Shown here one piece after another: positions 17,435 through 26,965 of a stretch of DNA of 64,000 bases. The position numbers were made by a program, and so were the translations under genes. Source of the stretch: a virus; IMG/VR virus record IMGVR_UViG_3300044899_000017, positions 1-64,000 of that record; one strand, 5' to 3'. The notes below the pieces were generated by a model. It did no database searches and was not told the origin of the DNA. It saw only the letters and a program-made list of their open reading frames with translations. Each line of letters begins with the position of its first letter. Within the stretch, counting starts at the first letter, position 1.

Positions 17435-19843
17435 GTGGCGTTCGGGGGCGCATACGAGCGCCCGGAGTTCCGCGGGCCGGTGGTCGAGTTGGCCGAGGCC
17501 GAGCAGACGCCGGCCGAGGCGAAGGCGCAGCAGCGCCGGCGCATAGCGGCTACCGCCGCGGTGGCGGCGACGGTCGCGGCCACGGGGGACGAGGGCGACG
17601 GCAGCGCTGTCGGGCAGGTGCCGGCGAAGGCCGCGCGCGCCACGGCCGCGGGGGCGATCCTTTCGGCGCTCGTGGCGTTCCTCGCGGTGCAGCGCGCGCG
17701 GGTGCGGTCGTGGCTTTCGACGCAGCTCCGCACGCGGCAGCCGTCCGTGCCGCTCGACGACGTGGCCGCGCTGATCGACGAGGAGGAACGCCGCGGCGCG
17801 GAGTTCGAGAAGCGCTCGGCGGCGCGGTTCGCTCGCGACCTGACGACGGCGCTCGCGATCCCGGATAAGGCCGCACGCGAGGCTGCGATCCGCGGCATCA
17901 CTTCGCGGGAGCAGCGCTACGCGCGCCAGCGTGACGAGGCGATGGCAGCTCGCGCGTTCGCCGCGGTGGATCGAATCGTCCTGAAGGGCGAGTCGCCGCA
18001 GGGCGCGTATTGGTGGAACGACCCGACGGTGAGCGAACACACGGCGGGCTGTCTGATCATGGGGGGCAAGTTCTGGCCGTGGGCCGTCCTCGACCGCGTG
18101 CATCCGCCGCGGCACGGTGGCTGCCCGTGCCGGCTGCGCGGCTATGGCGAGGCCATAGCGGACGGGCTGATGTCGCCGGGCGACGTGGTGGACGTGCAGA
18201 CCGCGATCCGCCGGGCCGCGCACGTGGTGATGGAGGGCGTGCTGACGGTCGAGATGCCCGAGGACGCCGAGGCGCTGATCGAGGCCGCGGGCGGGCGCGA
18301 CCTGCTCGAACTCCGCGGCGGGCTGCTCGAAGCGGGCCTCGTGGCCGACGAGTCGATGCTCGACCGGCTGCTCGACGAGACGGACCTCTCCGAAGCGTTC
18401 AACCCGACGCAGGCGCGATGGCCGAAGGGGCACCCGAAGGCGGGGCAGTGGCGCCCAAAAGTCGGGGGTAGCGGCTTCGGTGCCCGCACTTCCGCGGGGT
18501 GGCTGAAGCGCGACCTCGACGAGCTGCGGACGATGGCCGCTCCGCAGCACGTCGGCACGTCGCGGACCGGCGACGGTCCCGAGGTCCCGGTGATGCACAC
18601 GCCGTCGTCGCCGGCCGAGCTGCGCGCCGTCGGCGCCCGCGTCGCGGCCGTGGCCGACCGGCACGGCGCGCACCACGCATACCGGCAGCGAATCGACGAG
18701 CTGCACGTCGAGCGGCGGAAGCTGTCGGACGCGCATAGCGACCGGCTCGATGCTGCCGGCGGCATCTCCCACTTCTTCGACGAGGAGGACGCGGCCGCGA
18801 AGCGAGCCGGCCGCGAGCCGGATAACTCCGCGGTGGTCGCACGGATGGACGCGCTCCGGCCCGAGGCCGAGCGGGAGCGGCTGCGGGCGATAGACGCCGA
18901 AGTGCAGCGTCTCCTGCCGGCCGAGGAGCAGGCTCGCGTGGACGCGCTGCTCGGCGTCCTCGCGGAGATACGGCCGATGGGCGGGACGAAGCTGAACGTC
19001 TCGAAGGTCGAGGGCGCCGACCGGATTCAGCAGCGCGAGGAGCTGCCGGCGTCGCTGCGCGAGGCGTCGCGGTACGTGCCGCGGGCGTGGCTCGACGACT
19101 CGAACGCGAAGGGCAGCATCCGCTTCGTGGTCAGTGAAGAGCGCGCGCATCACCTGCTCGAAGACAAGCGCGGCGCCGACACGCCGGGGATGGGGCACGC
19201 GGAGCAGGAGAAGAGCGTGGACGAGCTGCTGAAGCGCGACGGGTGGAAGTTCGCCGGGTACGAGATGGGCGTCTTCCCCGTGCTGCGCGACCCGGAGGGG
19301 AAGCTGCACGCTATCTCGTGGTCCGGTGCGGCGACGACGACAATCGGCGTAGGGCCGAACCGGCACGAGGTCGGCGCCGATCCGCAGCACTTCGAGGCCG
19401 GCGCCCGGAAGCCCTACGTGCCGCCGCCGATTGACTCGAAGATTCGCGTGAAGGCCGGCGATCCCTCGACGCTGCTGCACGAGCTGGCGCACCGGTTCGA
19501 GCAGGTCTACGGCGAGCCGAACGCGCTGTCCGGACAGCGGCCGCTGATGGCGGCGACGCAGCGGTTCCTGCGCGACCGCCGCGGCGCCGAGATGGCGCGG
19601 CAGCTCGACGAGCTGCGACCCGGCCACGGGTACGAGCCGCACGAGCGCGCGTGGGAGGACGAGTTCGTGGACCCGTACATCGGGAAGGACTACGGCGCTC
19701 GGGCGACCGAAGTCCTTACGATGGGGATGCAGATGCTCTTCTTCCCGACATACGGCCGCGAGTTCGACCCGCCGAAGAGCCGCGGGCGGAAGGGCGACGC
19801 GGAGATGCGGGACTTCATCCTCGGCGTGATGGCGGCGCTGTGA
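17435..19843 (+). CDS. MuF/gp7-like head morphogenesis protein with C-terminal HExxH metallopeptidase-like extension
   Basis: position after portal; HT.GC...PPRHGGCPCRL; TLLHELAHRFE...YIGKDYG..TEVLTMG. Confidence 0.75.
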   Translation: MAFGGAYERPEFRGPVVELAEAEQTPAEAKAQQRRRIAATAAVAATVAATGDEGDGSAVGQVPAKAARATAAGAILSALVAFLAVQRARVRSWLSTQLRTRQPSVPLDDVAALIDEEERRGAEFEKRSAARFARDLTTALAIPDKAAREAAIRGITSREQRYARQRDEAMAARAFAAVDRIVLKGESPQGAYWWNDPTVSEHTAGCLIMGGKFWPWAVLDRVHPPRHGGCPCRLRGYGEAIADGLMSPGDVVDVQTAIRRAAHVVMEGVLTVEMPEDAEALIEAAGGRDLLELRGGLLEAGLVADESMLDRLLDETDLSEAFNPTQARWPKGHPKAGQWRPKVGGSGFGARTSAGWLKRDLDELRTMAAPQHVGTSRTGDGPEVPVMHTPSSPAELRAVGARVAAVADRHGAHHAYRQRIDELHVERRKLSDAHSDRLDAAGGISHFFDEEDAAAKRAGREPDNSAVVARMDALRPEAERERLRAIDAEVQRLLPAEEQARVDALLGVLAEIRPMGGTKLNVSKVEGADRIQQREELPASLREASRYVPRAWLDDSNAKGSIRFVVSEERAHHLLEDKRGADTPGMGHAEQEKSVDELLKRDGWKFAGYEMGVFPVLRDPEGKLHAISWSGAATTTIGVGPNRHEVGADPQHFEAGARKPYVPPPIDSKIRVKAGDPSTLLHELAHRFEQVYGEPNALSGQRPLMAATQRFLRDRRGAEMARQLDELRPGHGYEPHERAWEDEFVDPYIGKDYGARATEVLTMGMQMLFFPTYGREFDPPKSRGRKGDAEMRDFILGVMAAL

Positions 19844-20109
19844 AGTGGCAGGGCAAGATGCACGGCCGCGCCGTCGAGGGCACGGTGCTAGGCGGCGCGT
19901 GCCACGGCTCGTTCGAGGTCGTCTCGATGGTCGAGGCGATGGTCGCGGCGCAGACACGCGTCGGCGAAGGGCCGGTGTCCGGGCCGGCCGACCTGACGGA
20001 CCCGATCCTCTCGCGGGCGACGCTGCGCGCCGTCCTCGATCCCGACACGGCCACGTTCGAGGGCGACGAAGCGCCCGTCGGGACGGTGCCGGCGGACGCC
20101 GAGACGTGA
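19840..20109 (+). CDS. small protein, candidate immunity partner of MuF extension
   Basis: GTGA overlap with MuF stop. Confidence 0.55.
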   Translation: MKWQGKMHGRAVEGTVLGGACHGSFEVVSMVEAMVAAQTRVGEGPVSGPADLTDPILSRATLRAVLDPDTATFEGDEAPVGTVPADAET

Positions 20110-20146
20110 CCGATCCGTCCGCGCTGTGCGGCATCCTCGCGGGTGA

Positions 20147-20548
20147 ATGGCTCCCCCGCAGACGTACGAGAAGCCGCATAAGCAGCTAGGGCGCCTGATG
20201 GTGATGGGCCGGCGCCGCGGCCTCGGCTTCGAGGAGTGGTGGGAGGAGGCCGTCCGGCCGAGGAAGCGGGTCGTGATGACGAACGACCCGGACCCGCCAC
20301 CGCACGCCGTCCGATGGCCGTCGGACCGGAACGACCGCGTGGAGTGGCGCGACGCGATCCTCGACGCGAAGGAAGGGTGGCGGCGCGCGTACGAGCAGGT
20401 CGAGCGGTCGCCGTTCGACGAGGCGCTGCTCGTCCTCGCCGACTTCCTCGGGCTGGCGGACAGCATCGAGGGCTTCTCGGAGCTATTCGACGAGCCGGAC
20501 GAGCCGGACGAGACTGCCGAGCTGGCCGAGCTGATGGCGGCGGCGTAG
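20147..20548 (+). CDS. hypothetical protein
   Basis: ORF; CCGATC-N16-CATCCT upstream. Confidence 0.7.
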   Translation: MAPPQTYEKPHKQLGRLMVMGRRRGLGFEEWWEEAVRPRKRVVMTNDPDPPPHAVRWPSDRNDRVEWRDAILDAKEGWRRAYEQVERSPFDEALLVLADFLGLADSIEGFSELFDEPDEPDETAELAELMAAA

Positions 20549-20581
20549 GGATCGACCCGCAGGCGGGGGTACTCTGTCCCC
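20548..20581 (+). promoter_or_regulatory. late-type leaderless promoter
   Basis: GGGATC-N16-TACTCT-N6-GTG. Confidence 0.75.
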
Positions 20582-20743
20582 GTGATCGGCGTCCTGATAG
20601 CTGTCCTCGTGGCCGCGCTCGTGTGGGCGCTGTGCCTAGCGCTCGGCCTCCCGAGCATCGTCGGCATCGTGGCAGCGATCCTCGTGCTGCTCGCCGGCAT
20701 CCCGTCCGGCGGCTACGGCCTCGGGCGGCGATGGCCGCGATGA
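20582..20743 (+). CDS. 53-aa two-TM membrane protein
   Basis: MIGVLIAVLVAALVWALCLALGLPSIVGIVAAILVLLAGIP... read by hand; ATGA overlap with next gene. Confidence 0.75.
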   Translation: MIGVLIAVLVAALVWALCLALGLPSIVGIVAAILVLLAGIPSGGYGLGRRWPR

Positions 20744-22395
20744 CGGCGCTCGTCGAGTACTACTACGGCGAGTCGAACGCGCCACACGAAGCGCTCGGCC
20801 GTGCAGCTCGCCGGCTGTCGCAGGGCGGGGCGCTGTACCTCGGCGGCGGCATCGGCATCGAGAAGCAGGTCACGAAGTCCGGCGACCGCTTCAACTTGAC
20901 GCGCGCCGACGCGACGGGGAAGCCCGAGTCGTTCACCGGACCGCTGTCGGCGGTGATGCGTGGCTTCGCTGTGGCGGGCGGCTCGACCGCGACGGACACG
21001 CCGGGCGGGGCGACGAAGGTCACGGACCCGGCCGCGGCCGCGCGGCTGCGCGAGCTGAACGACGCGCAGCGCGAGACGGAGAAGGACATCGAGCGGTATC
21101 AGTCGCGGCTCGCGGCGAAGGTGCCCGATCAGACGACGGTCGGCAGCATCGTCGCGCCGACGGAGAAGGACCCGTGGGAGGCGCGCCGGCTCGCCGAGCT
21201 GAAGCGCGAGCTGAAGCAGATCGAGGACGAGCGCACGACGCTCCTCTCGACGGGCAAGGTCGAAGAGGCCGAAGTCGGGAAGCCCGGCACGAATTGGACG
21301 CAGGTCACGCCGGCGGCGCGGAAGAAGGTCGATCCGCTCGTGAAGCACTGGATGGGCAAGGCGCATCCGTGGCAGGCGTGCGTGGACGAGCTGACGCCGG
21401 AGAAGGGCGCCGAGGCCGCGAAGAAGATTTGCTCTGTCGTCAAGGACATGGGCATGAAGACGACGAAGTGGCGCGCCGGCGGGAAGAAGAAGCTGAAGGA
21501 AGAGCAGGACGCCGTGATCGTGACCGCGATGCAGGAGGCGTGCGGACGCATCGCCACCATCGAGGCATCGTTCGGCGCCGGCGCGGCCGTCGAGCTGGCC
21601 GAGCGTGCCGGCTCGTTCGGGGACGCGCTGCTCGACACGCTCGGCGAGTCCGCGTTCGACGACCTCTCGACGCTCTTCGTCTGCGGCCACCCGCTCGGCG
21701 AGTTGTGGCAGGAGGTCCGCGAGGGCTTCGCCGAGAACCTGCACCCGCGCGACTTCCTCGGGAAGTGGAAGACAAAGGTCGGCGGGCTGAAGGTCGGCGA
21801 GAAGGCTGCCATCGGCGACGGCGTGTCCGTGCATCGGACGGCAGTCAAGGGGTACGAGGTCCACGGGCCGGCGCGCGTCGGCGACCTCGCGACGAGTGCC
21901 GCGCATAAGGCGCAGCTCGAACGCAACGGCACGCCGATCACGCGGCTCGGGCAGCTCTTCCCGACTCCTGATCGAGCAGCGATCCTCTCCGCGCAGAAGT
22001 CGGCGTCGCTCGATCACCCGATGTCTGTCGGGGGCCGGACGAAGTACCCGTCGCTGAACGCGGCGCTGAAGAGCGGCGAGGGCAAGGGCGAGCCGAATCT
22101 CGCGGTGCGGAGTAAGCAGCGCGAGGCCGAGGCAAACAATCGCCAGCACACGACGATCCGCGGCCTCGCCGGGAAGCTCGACTCGCAGAGTCAGGGAGGG
22201 AAGTCGGGAGCTGCGGAGACGGCTGTCGCACTCACGCACGCGCTGACCACGTACAAGCGCAACGGCGGCAAAGAGACGGAACACACACGCCGCGCGCAGA
22301 CGATCCTCGACCGCCACCGCGCGAAGAAGCCGAAGGTCCGCGAGGCGGCGCCCGCCGGCGGGCTGCTCGGCGACCTCCTCGAATCGAGGCGCTGA
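20740..22395 (+). CDS. putative internal head protein
   Basis: in head module; LHPRDFLGKW motif; many L/V-x-E-A/S sites. Confidence 0.7.
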   Translation: MTALVEYYYGESNAPHEALGRAARRLSQGGALYLGGGIGIEKQVTKSGDRFNLTRADATGKPESFTGPLSAVMRGFAVAGGSTATDTPGGATKVTDPAAAARLRELNDAQRETEKDIERYQSRLAAKVPDQTTVGSIVAPTEKDPWEARRLAELKRELKQIEDERTTLLSTGKVEEAEVGKPGTNWTQVTPAARKKVDPLVKHWMGKAHPWQACVDELTPEKGAEAAKKICSVVKDMGMKTTKWRAGGKKKLKEEQDAVIVTAMQEACGRIATIEASFGAGAAVELAERAGSFGDALLDTLGESAFDDLSTLFVCGHPLGELWQEVREGFAENLHPRDFLGKWKTKVGGLKVGEKAAIGDGVSVHRTAVKGYEVHGPARVGDLATSAAHKAQLERNGTPITRLGQLFPTPDRAAILSAQKSASLDHPMSVGGRTKYPSLNAALKSGEGKGEPNLAVRSKQREAEANNRQHTTIRGLAGKLDSQSQGGKSGAAETAVALTHALTTYKRNGGKETEHTRRAQTILDRHRAKKPKVREAAPAGGLLGDLLESRR

Positions 22396-22925
22396 TGTCG
22401 GGCGTTCTCGACGCGCTGCTCGAATCGTTCACCGGCTCCGGTAGCGCCGCGGCGCAGGCTCGGCAGACGAGCGCGGGGCAGAAGCCGCTGTCGCCGGCGA
22501 CGCGAGCGCGGCAGCGGGCGAACGCGGCGCAGGCGAGCGCGAGGCCGTACGACGAGAAGAAGCATCCGCGCGGCCGCGCCGGCACGTCGCAGGGCGGGAA
22601 GTTCATCCGCTCGGGCAGCTCGGGTAACGATGTCCGGGCGGTGCAGGCGCGCGTCGGCGTGAAGCGCGACGGGCAGTTCGGGAATCAGACGCATAACGCG
22701 GTCCGCGACTTTCAGAAGCGGCACGGGCTTCAGGTGGACGGGGTGGTCGGGCATCAGACGGCGCTAGCCATCGCCGGGAAGTACGCGGCAGCTCGGCGGG
22801 CGCAGACGGGCGCGCTCCGGAAGTCGGACCGCTCGGCCATCTCGAAGACCCGGCAGCCGAAGCACGCGCAGCCGAAGCACACTCCTCGGGCGCCGACGCG
22901 CTCGCAGGGCGGCATCGTCGTCTAG
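22395..22925 (+). CDS. peptidoglycan-binding (PG_binding_1) virion protein
   Basis: GSSGNDVRAVQ..DGQFGNQTHNAVRDFQKRHGLQVDGVVG..T. Confidence 0.85.
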   Translation: MSGVLDALLESFTGSGSAAAQARQTSAGQKPLSPATRARQRANAAQASARPYDEKKHPRGRAGTSQGGKFIRSGSSGNDVRAVQARVGVKRDGQFGNQTHNAVRDFQKRHGLQVDGVVGHQTALAIAGKYAAARRAQTGALRKSDRSAISKTRQPKHAQPKHTPRAPTRSQGGIVV

Positions 22926-22926
22926 G

Positions 22927-22960
22927 GGTATCCGGCGACGAGCGGTCGTACCCTCCGGGC
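22927..22960 (+). promoter_or_regulatory. late-type leaderless promoter (capsid operon)
   Basis: GGTATC-N16-TACCCT-N6-GTG. Confidence 0.8.
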
Positions 22961-24457
22961 GTGGCTGCACCCGCCGAGATTGAAGAGGACGACCGTCCGC
23001 TGACCGCCGAGGACATCCTCCGGTTCGGCCCGGTGGTCGAGGCGCAGGTGTGGACGGCGACGTTCCTCGAAGAGAAGCGGGCGCCCATCGCGCAGGCCGC
23101 GGGCCGGCCGAAGTTCGGCCCGGTCTTCAACTCCGACGGCATGGGGAAGGCCGTCCTGATCCGGCCGTGCGTGTCGCGAGGGAAGCGCATCCGCGGGCTG
23201 CCGCCGATCTACTCGCCGGCGATGCTCGAAGCGAACGCGAAGGTCTTCGAGGGCTGGCCGATGTACCTCGACCACGTGCCGGCCGAGCTGGCGGCGACGG
23301 CGGCGAAGCGCGGCCGCTCCGTGAAGGAACTCGGCGGGCAGGTCGTGACGCCGGGCTGGGACGGGACGTTCGTGCAGGAGTACGACGGCGACTTCGGCTA
23401 TCAGCAGGGCGGCGTTCTCGCGGAGATATGGGCGACGAAGTTCCTGCGCGAGCTGGTCGGCGAAAACCCGCGGCTGCTGCACACGAGCATCGCCGCGTGG
23501 CCGACCTCGGGCAAGCCGGCGAAGGTGCCGTGGAACTCGAAGGTGAAGGGCATGAACATCGAGGGCATCCGCCGGCAGCCGCAGGGCAGCGTGGACTTCG
23601 TGCCGCGTGGCGGCGCGGGTGGCCGTCTGCTGCTCGAAGGGGAGCAGGACCCGGACACTTCAGCGTGGCCGGAGCCGACGTGGGAGGAGGCCGACAAGCG
23701 ACTCGTGGTATCGCTTGCAGAATCGTTCTACGCTTCCGGCGAAATGGCAGGCACGACCGAAAACACCGACACGACTCCCGACTTCTCGTCGATGACGCCG
23801 CAGGCGTTTCAGACGTGGGTCAGGGAGAACGCCGGCCACCTTGCACCGGCGCTCGTCGAGCAGGCAGCGCCCGCTCCGGCTCCCGCTCCCGCACCGGCCG
23901 CAGGGCCGTCGCTGACGGAGGCGGACTACCGCCGCATCGCAGCCGAAGAGGCCGCGAAGGCGACGAAGCCCGAGGACGTGCAGCGTCTCGCCGAAGAGCT
24001 GATCGAGGAGCGCGAGGGGCAGCGCGAGCTGTCGCGTGTCGCGCACGAGATGATCGCCGAGGCCGAGGGCATCCCGAAGTCGTGGAAGGCGGACCTGAAG
24101 GCGCGGTACTCCGTGCTGCCGTCCGGTCCGCAGCCGGCACTGCTCGTCGAGTCCGCCACGGGCGACGACGGCGCGGAGCTGTCCGAAGAGGACGTGCTTC
24201 GAGCGAACGTGCAGGCTGACCTCGACCACGCTCGCGACCTGATCGCCGAGGCGAAGGGCAAGCCGCGGGTGACGGGCGAGGGCGCAGGCTCGCGCAAGTC
24301 TTCCGGTGACGAGCGGACTCCCCGCGAGGGCGGGACCGCCGGCGCCGTGCAGGAGGGCGAAGTGCCCTACTGGCGGCAGGAGTTCGCAGACCTCGGCGTG
24401 GTCGAGTCTGCCGACGACGCGCTGTCCATCCACGGAGTCGAGAAGGTGGAGGCGTAA
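22961..24457 (+). CDS. prohead protease/scaffold fusion
   Basis: YS..ML...FEG.PMYLDH...RSVKEL.G...TSI...SVDFV.RGGAGG; acidic helical C-terminus. Confidence 0.85.
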   Translation: MAAPAEIEEDDRPLTAEDILRFGPVVEAQVWTATFLEEKRAPIAQAAGRPKFGPVFNSDGMGKAVLIRPCVSRGKRIRGLPPIYSPAMLEANAKVFEGWPMYLDHVPAELAATAAKRGRSVKELGGQVVTPGWDGTFVQEYDGDFGYQQGGVLAEIWATKFLRELVGENPRLLHTSIAAWPTSGKPAKVPWNSKVKGMNIEGIRRQPQGSVDFVPRGGAGGRLLLEGEQDPDTSAWPEPTWEEADKRLVVSLAESFYASGEMAGTTENTDTTPDFSSMTPQAFQTWVRENAGHLAPALVEQAAPAPAPAPAPAAGPSLTEADYRRIAAEEAAKATKPEDVQRLAEELIEEREGQRELSRVAHEMIAEAEGIPKSWKADLKARYSVLPSGPQPALLVESATGDDGAELSEEDVLRANVQADLDHARDLIAEAKGKPRVTGEGAGSRKSSGDERTPREGGTAGAVQEGEVPYWRQEFADLGVVESADDALSIHGVEKVEA

Positions 24458-24873
24458 TGCCGTACGAAGAGGGCGGCACTCGGAAGTCCGTCATCGCGAC
24501 GAAGGCGACCGCGCACGGCCGTCCGGTCGTCGAGCGCAAGCGCTTCGCCGGCATCGCCGCGAAGTCCGCGGCAGCGGCACCCGCCGCGGTGTCCGTCGCG
24601 AACGCGACCGCCGCGCAGCAGATCGCCATCGGCGAGGAGTTCGTGATCATGCTGGCCGGACTCCACGAGGTCGCGACTTCGATCCTTCCCGCGGGCGCCG
24701 TCGAGGGCGACCGCCTGTACGTGCAGCTCGACGACAACTCGCTCGCCGACGCTGCCGAGGCGCTGACCGCCGGCATCCTCGAACCGGAGTACTCCCCGCT
24801 GGGCATCCTCGACGAAGTGGATGCCACGCTCGGGCGTGCGAAGGTGAACCTCAACCTGAAGGGCCTCTGCTGA
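24457..24873 (+). CDS. capsid decoration/cement protein
   Basis: small gene between protease and MCP; G.A.K...GE.F..ML.G.HEV...GD.LY pattern. Confidence 0.7.
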   Translation: MPYEEGGTRKSVIATKATAHGRPVVERKRFAGIAAKSAAAAPAAVSVANATAAQQIAIGEEFVIMLAGLHEVATSILPAGAVEGDRLYVQLDDNSLADAAEALTAGILEPEYSPLGILDEVDATLGRAKVNLNLKGLC

Positions 24874-26021
24874 TGGCTGCCGGAGCTGGCACTCGCGCAC
24901 GTGGCCGTGGCCGCTCCCGGTGGGGGCACTACGGGAAGCACATCGAACTCTTCGAGCTGTTCGAGTCGTGGGCCGACGACCCGGCGGCGCAGACCGCGCT
25001 CGCCGAGGAAGAGGGCTTCGACATCGAGGAGGGCACCGGCGCACCCGAGGGCCGCGCCGACTTCCCGCTCTTCCTTCTCTCCGTCACGCGGCACAAGATG
25101 CGCGAGGGCTTCCGCCGGCGCGCGGCGCAGTGGGACCGGTACGTCGGCGTCGAGCGCGCCGAGGACTTCCGGCAGCACACGGTGTCGCAGCTCAACGGCC
25201 TCTCGGGCATGGGGCCGGTGCCGGAGTTCGACGAGTACCCGATGATCCGCAGCTCCGAGGAGATGGGTCCGCCCTTCTCCGTGGGCAAGCACGGCGGGCT
25301 GTACGGCGTCACGTTCGAGATGATCGTGAACGACGAGACGAACAAGATTCTGAACCGGACGCCGACCGAACTCGGCCGGATGTCCGCGGCGTACGTCTCG
25401 CAGGTCGTGGTCGGCCTGATCGAGACGAATGCAAACTGGATCGACGGCCTTCCCTTCTTCACCGCGACCGCGCGTCAGGGCCTCCCGACGGGGAACGAGT
25501 TCACCGGATCGGCTGCGGAGCCGACGGAGGACAACCTGATCAGCATCGTCGCGTCGTTGCAGAACACGGTGGACTCCGAGGGGATGCCCATCGACATCGA
25601 GCCGGGCGTGATCATCACGAAGGACGAGCGCACCCGCTACATCTTCCGCCGCATCCTGCGGTCGCAGCAGACGGGCACGGTCACGAACGACTCGGCCGGC
25701 GACGTGTTCGACAAGGGCACGTACAACGCGGCGCAGGACACGGGGCTGACTCCCGACGACATCATCGTGGAGCAGTACATGCGCGACCCGAACGACTGGA
25801 TTCTGCTCGCGAACACGGGCCGTCCGGCGTTCATCATCGCGTTCCTGCGCGATATGCGCGAGCCGTTCATCGGGATCGAGGAAGGCTCCGTGCGCTCGTT
25901 CGGCGGCGGCGTCCGCGACCCGTACCGCACGCGGATCGACGAGATTCGCATGAAGATCAGGCACGTCTTCGGCGTGGCACTCGGCGACCCGCGCTCGGCG
26001 CGGCGCGCCCGGAGGGCCTAA
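24873..26021 (+). CDS. major capsid protein (Mu gpT-like HK97 fold)
   Basis: DFP..L, DFR, V.EF.EY, KHG..YGVTFEMIVND motifs; position. Confidence 0.9.
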   Translation: MAAGAGTRARGRGRSRWGHYGKHIELFELFESWADDPAAQTALAEEEGFDIEEGTGAPEGRADFPLFLLSVTRHKMREGFRRRAAQWDRYVGVERAEDFRQHTVSQLNGLSGMGPVPEFDEYPMIRSSEEMGPPFSVGKHGGLYGVTFEMIVNDETNKILNRTPTELGRMSAAYVSQVVVGLIETNANWIDGLPFFTATARQGLPTGNEFTGSAAEPTEDNLISIVASLQNTVDSEGMPIDIEPGVIITKDERTRYIFRRILRSQQTGTVTNDSAGDVFDKGTYNAAQDTGLTPDDIIVEQYMRDPNDWILLANTGRPAFIIAFLRDMREPFIGIEEGSVRSFGGGVRDPYRTRIDEIRMKIRHVFGVALGDPRSARRARRA

Positions 26022-26024
26022 CGC

Positions 26025-26942
26025 ATGGCGCTCGAAGGTGTGCGGGTCGGCCCGCTCGACCCTGACCGCGGCGAGATGTTCGGGCAGGTCGGCGGGCAGA
26101 TGTCCGCTCGGCAGCTCGTCCGGCATCACATGGCGCTGAACCCGCCGGCGCTCGTCGCCGCGCTTTCAGGCAAGCCGCACCCGGAGCGCTCCGAAGCGCT
26201 CGACCGGGAGGAAGTCTCTGCCGCCGTGATCGAGTACTACGCGGACACGGCCTCGCCGCTGCCCGACGGAGCGGTGATCACCGGGGCGAACGTCCGCGGC
26301 GTGGACGACACGCCGGACCGCCAGTTCGTCACGGTCACGTGGCACGTGCCGACGGACGCCGGCGGCTCGGGTCGCTCGGGCAAGGCGTTCATCCCGTACA
26401 ACTCCGACACGGTGCCGAACTCGAAGTCGCTCGGCGACGAAGCCGTCCGGATCGAGAAGCTGAAGAAGGCCGGCCTGCCGTGGCATCCTTCGCAGCTCGC
26501 GCACGCACTCGCCGGGACCTCCGTCGTGGGCGCGCAGGACCCGGACGAAGCGCTCGTGGAGGAGCGCGACGGGCTGGCAGCCGAGGCCGAGACGCTGCGG
26601 AAGCAGCTCGCCGACTCCGAGGCCGCGCGAGTGGCCGCAGAGACGCAGGCCGAGGAAGCAGCGGCCGCGCTCGCGGCAGCGCAGACGCCGGCGGCGCCGG
26701 CGGACGACTCTTCAGGCGCGGCCGAGGCCGGCGCCACCGACGATGCCAGCTCCGACGCGGAGCCTTCGGAGCCGTGGGACGGCTACGACTCGCAGAACGC
26801 GGACAAGATCAGGAAGCGTCTGCGCGAGAAGAAGGACGTGCCCGAGGCCGAAGCGGTCGTGGCGTACGAGTCGAAGCACGCCAACCGCGGCACTGTCGTC
26901 GCGGCCGCGAACGAAGTCCTCGACCGCACGCCGTCGCAGTAA
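26025..26942 (+). CDS. head-associated protein with C-terminal helical domain
   Basis: EPWDGYD...AYESKHANRGTVV; follows MCP. Confidence 0.7.
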   Translation: MALEGVRVGPLDPDRGEMFGQVGGQMSARQLVRHHMALNPPALVAALSGKPHPERSEALDREEVSAAVIEYYADTASPLPDGAVITGANVRGVDDTPDRQFVTVTWHVPTDAGGSGRSGKAFIPYNSDTVPNSKSLGDEAVRIEKLKKAGLPWHPSQLAHALAGTSVVGAQDPDEALVEERDGLAAEAETLRKQLADSEAARVAAETQAEEAAAALAAAQTPAAPADDSSGAAEAGATDDASSDAEPSEPWDGYDSQNADKIRKRLREKKDVPEAEAVVAYESKHANRGTVVAAANEVLDRTPSQ

Positions 26943-26965
26943 GGGCCGCGGGCTAGGGTGGCGGC

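Noticed and set aside
17429-20179. Long minus-strand ORFs (e.g. 916, 769, 735 aa)
   Set aside because: Arg/Pro/Ala-rich shadows of GC3-biased + strand genes, with no recognisable motifs.
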